Shown: piece by piece, positions 57,483 to 64,000 of the stretch
Layout: every line of letters starts with the position of its first letter
Numbering within the stretch: the stretch's first letter is position 1
Notes under the pieces: model-generated
The model's input: the letters and a program-made list of their open reading frames with translations, nothing else
Told to the model about the DNA's origin: nothing
Databases searched by the model: none
Position numbers and translations under genes: made by a program
From: an uncultured Candidatus Rokubacteria bacterium
GTDB taxonomy: Bacteria > Methylomirabilota > Methylomirabilia > Rokubacteriales > CSP1-6
Direction: 5' to 3'
Length of the DNA: 64,000 nucleotides
Assembly: GCA_963758635.1 (NCBI GenBank)
Contig: CAVWWD010000008.1
Coordinates: forward strand, 32,001-96,000

Positions 57483-58665
57483 TCACGCGTCCGTCGTGGT
57501 GCGGGTGGCGTGCGGGGAGCACTGGACGCTCCACGCGAGGCTCGCGCAGGCGAGGAGGCCGAGGATCGCGGAGACCCCGGCAGTGCCGCCGAGCCCGCCG
57601 GCGAGCCAGATCGGCCCGCCCGAGAGCGCTCCCACCACGCGCCCGAGGCTCGAGGCCGCCCCCATCGACGCGATGGTGGTGGCGCGCGCGCCCGGCACCA
57701 GCTCGGTGCAGAACGAGATGGCCGTGACCACGGTGAACTCGAAGCCGAGGAAGACGACGAAGAGGCCGACGAGGGCGCCGGTGAGCGATCCGCCGAGGAG
57801 CGGAAGCGCGGCGTAGCCGGCCGCGGTGACGCCCGCGCCCAGGACCGCGGCGCGGCCCAGCCCGACACGGTCGGCGACGGCGGCGGTGAGGCTCTCGCCG
57901 GCGAGCTCGGCGACGCCGATCACCGTGGTGGCGGCGCCGAGCGCCACCAGCGTGAGCCCGAAGTCCCGCTCGAGCCACGCGCCGTAGACCACGAACAGGT
58001 TGTCGCTCGCCATCGGGAAGAGGAAGCCGTAGGCGAGGGCGCCGCGGACGGGCCGGGAGCGTGCCACCAGGCCCCAGGAGCGCGCGAGCCCGCCGGGCGC
58101 GGCGCCGCGGCTGCGCCGCCCGTCCCCGCGCAGGACGCGCGCGAGGACGGCGAGCATCACGCACGCCGCGCCGCCCAGCACGAGGAACGGCGCGCGCCAG
58201 CCGTGCCGGTCGATCAGGAGCCCGACGAGGGGAATGCCCACCAGCGAGCTGGCCGCCCAGCCCAGCTCGACGAGGCCGACGACCAGCCCCCGCCGCGCGT
58301 AGCCGACCCGGTCGGACACGTAGGCGAGCAGCGCCGGGTCGAAGCAGCTCTTGCCGAGGCCGGCCAGGACGAGGCCCACGAGGATCGTGCCGTAGAGGGG
58401 CACGAGGCCCGCGCCGAGCATCCCTGCCGGCGAGGAGGGCGACGCCCGCCAGCATCATGCCCCGGTGCCCCCAGTGATCGGCGAAGGCGCCGACGAGAGG
58501 CGAGGCGAGCCCCGTGGCCTGGTTGGCGGCGAGCAGCGGCGTGACGGACGTGAGGGGCACGCCGAGCCCGCGCGAGAGCGCGGGCGCGAACGGATACGCG
58601 AAGCGGCGGGCGGTGTTGAGCAGCGCGCGCGCCACCACCGCGGCCACGAGGACGGCCACGCTCAC
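57483..58665 (-). CDS. MFS transporter; frameshift near 58430
   Basis: Motif A variants ADHWGHR and ADRVG, GWRAPF, hydrophobic helices over two frames. Confidence 0.82.
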
Positions 58666-58698
58666 GGACGGCCTCGATCCGCGGCCGCGCCGGGCCGC

Positions 58699-59874
58699 CT
58701 ACACGGCCCGCGGCGGATGCAGGCGCACCGCGGCCTCGTTCACCTCCGTGCCCCACCCGGGGCCGGTGGGCAGCGCCAGGTGGCCGTTCTTGATCTCGGG
58801 CTTCACGGTGACGAGGTCGTCCTGCCACGGCACGGTGTCGGGGTCGATCTCCATGATGCGGAGGTTCGGCACCACCGCGCAGAAGTGCGCGTTCATCATC
58901 GTGGCGAGGTGGCCGTAGAAGTTGTGGGGCGCCACGTTCGTCTCGTAGGCGTCGGCCATGGCCGCGATCTTCGCCCCCTCCGCGACGCCGTTCCACGGCG
59001 TGTCGATGATCGCCACGTCCACGGAGCCGTGCTCGAAGTACGGCCGGTAGTCGCGCCGGCCGAACAGGCACTCGCAGGAGGCGACGGGGATCGACGTGCG
59101 GGAGCGGATGTAGGCGAGGGCGCGCGCATCCCGCGTGTCGATCTCGACCCAGAACAGGTCGAAGGGCTCCATGGCCCGGGCCAGCGTGAGGAACCCCTCG
59201 GTCTTGTAGTTGAAGTTCAGGTCCACGAGGATGTCCATGTCCGCGCCGGCCCCCTCGCGGAAGGCGGCGAGCAGGTCGCGCGCGGCGCGGACGGTGGCGC
59301 GGTCCGCGTTCAGCTCGGGGAAGCCGGCGCTGCGGCCGAAGCCGGGGTTGTGCGCGCGCGGGTTGTCGCCCAGCAGCAGCACGTTGGTCTTGAGCGCGGT
59401 GTAGCCCTTGCCCACCACCTCCTTGCCGAGCCGCACCACGTCGTCGAGCGTGCGCACCGGCGGCAGCTGCATCTCGCGCGCCCACGACACGCGATAGGTC
59501 GCGCAGTGCGACCAGTAGACGCGGATGCGGTCGCGCACCGGGCCGCCGAGGAGCTCGTACACGGGAATGCCGAGGGCGCGCGCCTTCACGTCGAGCAGCG
59601 CGTTCTCGATGGCGCCGATCGCCTGCTGGATCAGCCCGCCCGTGGCCTGGCGGCGCAGCGCGTACATCAGCGCGACGTGCGCCTCCCACGCGCGCGGGTC
59701 GCGGCCGATCAGGGCGGGGGCGAGCTGCTCGATCACCGCGGTCACGCCCGGGCCGCCGAACGACTCGTTGTACTCGCTCCATCCGACCAGGCCTCCGTCC
59801 GTCGTGAGCTTCACGAAGTCGAAGTTGCGCCGGCCCGCGTCGGCGTGCAGGCATTCCACGGATGCGATCTTCAT
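58699..59874 (-). CDS. Mandelate racemase/muconate lactonizing family enzyme
   Basis: ALLDVKARALG.PVYELLGG, VDLN, WVE, CE, APHN and PTGPGWG. Confidence 0.92.
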   Translation of the reverse strand: MKIASVECLHADAGRRNFDFVKLTTDGGLVGWSEYNESFGGPGVTAVIEQLAPALIGRDPRAWEAHVALMYALRRQATGGLIQQAIGAIENALLDVKARALGIPVYELLGGPVRDRIRVYWSHCATYRVSWAREMQLPPVRTLDDVVRLGKEVVGKGYTALKTNVLLLGDNPRAHNPGFGRSAGFPELNADRATVRAARDLLAAFREGAGADMDILVDLNFNYKTEGFLTLARAMEPFDLFWVEIDTRDARALAYIRSRTSIPVASCECLFGRRDYRPYFEHGSVDVAIIDTPWNGVAEGAKIAAMADAYETNVAPHNFYGHLATMMNAHFCAVVPNLRIMEIDPDTVPWQDDLVTVKPEIKNGHLALPTGPGWGTEVNEAAVRLHPPRAV

Positions 59875-60102
59875 GGTTCCTCCTGGCGCGTCGCGGCCTC
59901 GATGCAGCGGCCGGCGGCCCCCGGTAGGCTACCGGAGCCTCCCCGCGGGGCGCAACCCGCGACGTCGCGCAGGAGCGGCGGCTGGGCTAGGATGGGGCGA
60001 TTCAGATCGGTGCGGTTCAGAAGGGTTGACTTCCCCGACCGTCGGGCGCCGGAGGCTCTGCGCAGGCGCCCCGACGGCAAAACCTAAAGGAGACATCGAC
60101 AC

Positions 60103-60646
60103 ATGCTCAGCGCCGTCGCGTTCGTGAAGGAAGGCCTCGCCCACCTCCATCGCTCCCTCGACCAGGCCATCGAGGGACTCACCCCGGAGCAGCTCTACGC
60201 CATCCCCGGGGGCACCTCGAAGGCCAACACGATGGCGTGGAACTTCTGGCACCTCGTGCGCACCGAGGACAACGTCGTGCGCTTCGTGCTCCAGAACCGG
60301 CGCGCGCCGGTGTGGACGGAGGGCGGCTACGCGGCGAAGCTCGAGCCTGCCCGAGAACGCGCAGGGCACCGGCCAGTCCACCGCCGATGCGCAGGCCGTC
60401 CGCATCCCCGACGTGGCCCTCTTCAAGGAGTACATGAAGAAGGTGTGGGCGAGCACCGACGAGTTCCTGGCGAGCGCGAAGCCGGAGGACCTCGAGCGCA
60501 CGGTCACGGTCAAGCCGCTGGGCGACATGACGGCCATCCAGGCCCTCGGCCGCATCTGCCTCACGCACGCCATGACGCACCTGGGCGAGATCGAGATGAC
60601 GCGCACGCTCGTGGGGGCGACCTCCGCGCTAGCGTGGCCGCCGTGA
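60103..60646 (+). CDS. DinB-family protein; frameshift near 60344
   Basis: NTMAWNFWHLVRTED ... THAMTHLGEI His triad; RBS AAAGGAG. Confidence 0.8.
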
Positions 60647-62308
60647 AGCATTACGACGCGGTGGTGCTCGGCGGCGCGTTCTCGGGCGCGTCGGCCGCGC
60701 TCCTGCTCCGACGCGAGATGCCCGACGCCACCGTGCTCGTGGTGGAGCGCGCGCCCGCCTTCGACGCGAAGGTGGGCGAGGCCACCACCGAGATGTCCGC
60801 CATGTTCCTCACGCGGCGGCTCGCCATGTGGGAGCACCTCGAGCGCGAGCAGCTCCCCAAGGAGGGCCTCCGCTACTGGTTCACCAACGAGCGCGTGCGC
60901 GGCCACGCCGACGCCAGCGAGACGGGCGGCTTCCTGCGCAGCGCCATCCCCTCGTTCCAGCTCCGCCGCGACGCCCTCGACGAGCACCTGCTCGCCACCG
61001 CCGCGCGCGAGGGCGCGGAGCTGCGCCGGCCCGCGCGCGTGCAGGACGTGGAGCTGGGCGACTTCGACCACCGGGTCACCATCGACGGGCCCGACGGCGT
61101 GGAGACGGTGTCCTGCCGCTGGGTGCTCGACGCCACGGGCCGCGCCACCGTGCTCGGGCGCCGGCTCGGGATCATCGACCGGAACCGCGAGCACCCGACC
61201 GCCGCGGTGTGGGCGCGGTGGAAGAACGTGCGCCACATCGACGACGTGGCCGCGCGCGGCCCCGTGGCCTTCGCCCGGCGCGGCCTCGGCTCGCGGCGCC
61301 TCAGCACCAACCACTACATGGGCCTCGGGTACTGGGTGTGGGTGATCCCGCTCGGCAACGGCGAGACGAGCATCGGCGTGGTCTACGACACGCGGCTCAT
61401 GTCGCTGGCCGACGGACCGGAGCGCGAGCGCTCCTTCCGCGAGTTCCTCCTCGGCATCCCGTCCCTCGCCGAGCTGCTGGAGGGCGCCGAGCTCCGCACC
61501 GACGACCTGCGCTCGTACGCCTACCTGCCGTACGTCACCCGGCAGTACATGGGGCCGGGCTGGGCGCTCCTCGGCGACGCCGCCGCGTTCATGGACCCGT
61601 ACTACTCGCCGGGGCTGGATCACGCCGCGTTCACCGTGGAGGCCACGGTGGAGATCGTGAAGGCGGACCGGGCCGGGCAGGACGTGCGCGCGCGGATCGC
61701 CGAGCACAACGCGGTCGTTCGTGCGCTCGTACCACCGCTTCTTCCAGGCCGTCTACCGCGACAAGTACTTCTACATGGGCGAGCAGGACCTCCTCACCGC
61801 CTCGTTCCTGCTCGACACCGCGCAGTACTACCTGTTCGTGGTCATGCCCGCCTACAAGCTCTACGGGAAGTTCCACTGGATGCCGGTGCTCGGGCCGGGC
61901 GGGGCGGGGCTGAACTACGCGCTGATGAAGCTCTACAACCGCCGATTCAAGGCGCTCGCCCTCGCCCGCCGGCGCGTGGGCGAGGAGGGCCGGCGCAACG
62001 ACGGCCGCCGCGTGAAGCCGTACTTCGCGTTCGGCCTGGCGCCGCTGCGCATGGCCGCCCGCGGCCTGCGCTTCTGGGCCCTGGCCGAGCTGGACGGCCT
62101 GCGCCTCCTCCTCAAGCGACGCTGGGTGCGGGCCCCGGCCTCCGCGGAGGCCGAGCGCCTCGCGCGCGTCCGCCTCGCCCCGCTGACCCTCAGCGCCGGG
62201 CGCGCAGGAGATCCCGGATCTCGCCCAGCAGCTGCGCTTCCGCGGACGGAGGAGCGGGGGCGGGCGGCGCTTCCGGCTGCTCCCGGCGCAGGCGGTTCAC
62301 GCCCTTGA
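60643..62308 (+). CDS. Flavin-dependent halogenase-like protein; frameshift near 61718, 3' end uncertain
   Basis: GGAFSG, KVGEA, LPKEG, DATGR, WVWVIP and GDAAAFMDPYYSPG. Confidence 0.82.
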
Positions 62309-62618
62309 CCACCACGAAGAGCGCCATCGCCACCAGCAGGAACGAGATGACCGTGTTCACGAAGAGGCCGACGGCCAGGACCACCGCGCCGGCGTCGCGC
62401 GCGGCCTTGACCGAGGCGTAGACGGCGCCGGTGGGATTGCGGAGCACGAGGAAGAGGTTGCTGAAGTCCGGAGCGCCGATCAGCCCGGACACGACGGGCA
62501 TCAGCAGGTCGTCGACGAGCGACTTCACCACCGCGCCGAAGGCGGCGCCGATGACGAGGCCCACCGCCATGTCGATCATGTTGCCCTTGATCGCGAACTC
62601 GCGGAATTCCTTGAGCAT
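62190..62618 (-). CDS. mscL: Large-conductance mechanosensitive channel
   Basis: MLKEFREFAIKGNMIDMAVGLVIGAAF and LLGEIRDLL. Confidence 0.96.
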   Translation of the reverse strand: MLKEFREFAIKGNMIDMAVGLVIGAAFGAVVKSLVDDLLMPVVSGLIGAPDFSNLFLVLRNPTGAVYASVKAARDAGAVVLAVGLFVNTVISFLLVAMALFVVVKGVNRLRREQPEAPPAPAPPSAEAQLLGEIRDLLRARR

Positions 62619-62728
62619 GAGGCGCTCCTTCCGCTGATGGGTGGAGCTGCTCGGGCCGCGGCGCTTGAGCGAGCAGGCCTTCGATCGTCGCGCCGGCCCC
62701 CCAGTTATCGGAGATGGGGCGGAGCGTG

Positions 62729-64000
62729 TCAAGCGAGGGAGGCGCACTGCCTTCGGCGGGGAGATGGACGGTCACGCGGCAGCCGTGCTCGCCCGTGTCG
62801 TCCCGTCGCGCCGGTCCGATCACGATGGCGCCGCCATGCGCCTCGGCCACGCGCCGGGCCAGGGTGAGCCCCAGGCCCACGCCGCCCGCGTCACCCGCGG
62901 CCCGTGCCGCGCGGGCCGCCGCGCCGCGATGGAACGGATCGAGCACGCGCTCGCGCTCCGCGGGCAGCGATGCCCGGGCCCTCGTCGTCCACCGAGATCG
63001 CGACCCGGTCGCCGTCGCGAATCGCGGACAGCGTGATCGGCGGCGCCCCGTACTTCGCGGCGTTCTCCACCAGGTTCCAGATGGCGCGGCGCAGGAGCGC
63101 CTCGTCGGCGTTGACGCTCACCGGCGCTCCCGGCGCCACGCGCGCCGGGCATCCGGCCGTGACCGGGTCCAGGCGCGCGCGCTCCACGAGGTCGTCGAGC
63201 AGCGTCCGGACGTCGACCGGGGCGAGGTGCGCGGGCAGCCCGGTGGCCTCCAGCCGGGCCGCGGTGAGGACGTCCTCGATCAGCCGCTCCAGCTCGGCGA
63301 GGTCGCGCTCGAGGTCGCGGATGCGGGCCTGGGCCTCGGGCGGGCGCGGGAGCAGCTCGAGGGCCACGCGGATCCGCGCGAGCGGCGACCGCAGCTCGTG
63401 GGAGACGTTGGCGAGGAGCTCGCGCTGGCTCTGCACCATGCGCTCCACGCGGGCGGCCATCTCGTTGAAGGCGCCGGTGAGCTGCGTCAGCTCCTCCGGC
63501 GCCCGCCCGCGGCGCCGCCAGCGCCCCACGGGCGGCGCGGGCGCCCGCGCCGCGAGGTCGCCCGCGCCGATGCGTCGCGCGGCCTCGGTGAGGCGCTCGA
63601 GCGGCCGCGAGATGCGCCGCGCGAGCGGCCGCGTCGCGGCCGCCACCAGGACGAGGACCAGGGTGACGATCAGCGCGGGCTGGAGGAACGCCGCCCAGCC
63701 GAGACGCCGATCGGCGGCGGCCTGGATCGTGCCGAGCACCTTGCCGGTGGCGGGATCCCGCACCAGGGTGGCCGCGGTCCACCGGGGCCGCGGACGGGCC
63801 ACGATGCCCCGCGACGAGAGCCTGGACGCCTCGTACCCGGCGAGCGGCGGCAGCTCGGGCCCGGCGGCGGCGACGACCCGGCCGTCCGGGGCGCGCACCG
63901 TGACGTCCACCGCGAGGTCCGCGCGGATCTGCTGGAGGCGCTGCCCGAGCGCGGCGGGGTCCTCGAAGCGCTCGGCGGCCAGCGACGCCACGTGGCGCAC
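62729..64000 (-). CDS. HAMP-containing sensor histidine kinase; 5' end outside the window, frameshift near 62960, 3' end approximate
   Basis: SHELRSPL, NLVENAAKY, DEGPGI and GLGL..AHGG. Confidence 0.88.

Noticed and set aside
60038..60090. c-di-GMP-I riboswitch suggested by GGCAAAACC
   Set aside because: No GAAA tetraloop/receptor second stem; only a simple inverted repeat CCGTCGGGCGCC...GGCGCCCCGACGG
1623..63782. Numerous long Arg/Pro/Gly/Ala-rich ORFs overlapping called genes
   Set aside because: Shadow and antisense frames expected at this GC content; no recognisable motifs

Overview
A very GC-rich bacterial window. Gene content resembles Candidatus Rokubacteria/Methylomirabilota, which is inference only. 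About 13 single-base frameshifts suggest an imperfectly polished long-read consensus. Most of the window is catabolic and accessory genes: flavin monooxygenases, an acyl-CoA dehydrogenase, an orphan CoxL-like subunit, a sugar ABC transporter, three GT4 glycosyltransferases, DsbD/redoxin, a Ser/Thr kinase, MsrA, amidohydrolases, MFS pumps, a CoA-transferase/hydantoinase/amidase cluster, a flavin-dependent halogenase, MscL and a histidine kinase. Main points of interest: (1) a stand-alone PrdB/GrdB-like selenoprotein with an in-frame UGA in a UxxC motif and a SECIS-like hairpin 11 nt downstream; (2) a decayed defence patch in which a WYL-type HTH is fused to the C-terminal half of Cas6, with no CRISPR array, followed by a SEC-C gene collapsed at a microhomology and by MNT-HEPN and MazEF pairs; (3) an ISKra4-like element whose 5' part is almost free of C yet still decodes as the transposase, probably an artefact; (4) a sigma54 activator fused to a STAND ATPase and TPRs, facing a -24/-12 promoter that drives a small protein; (5) several enzymes lacking catalytic residues (AroQ-like, CE4 deacetylase, kinase); (6) a REP-like hairpin family with compensatory changes. 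No rRNA, tRNA or CRISPR array was seen.
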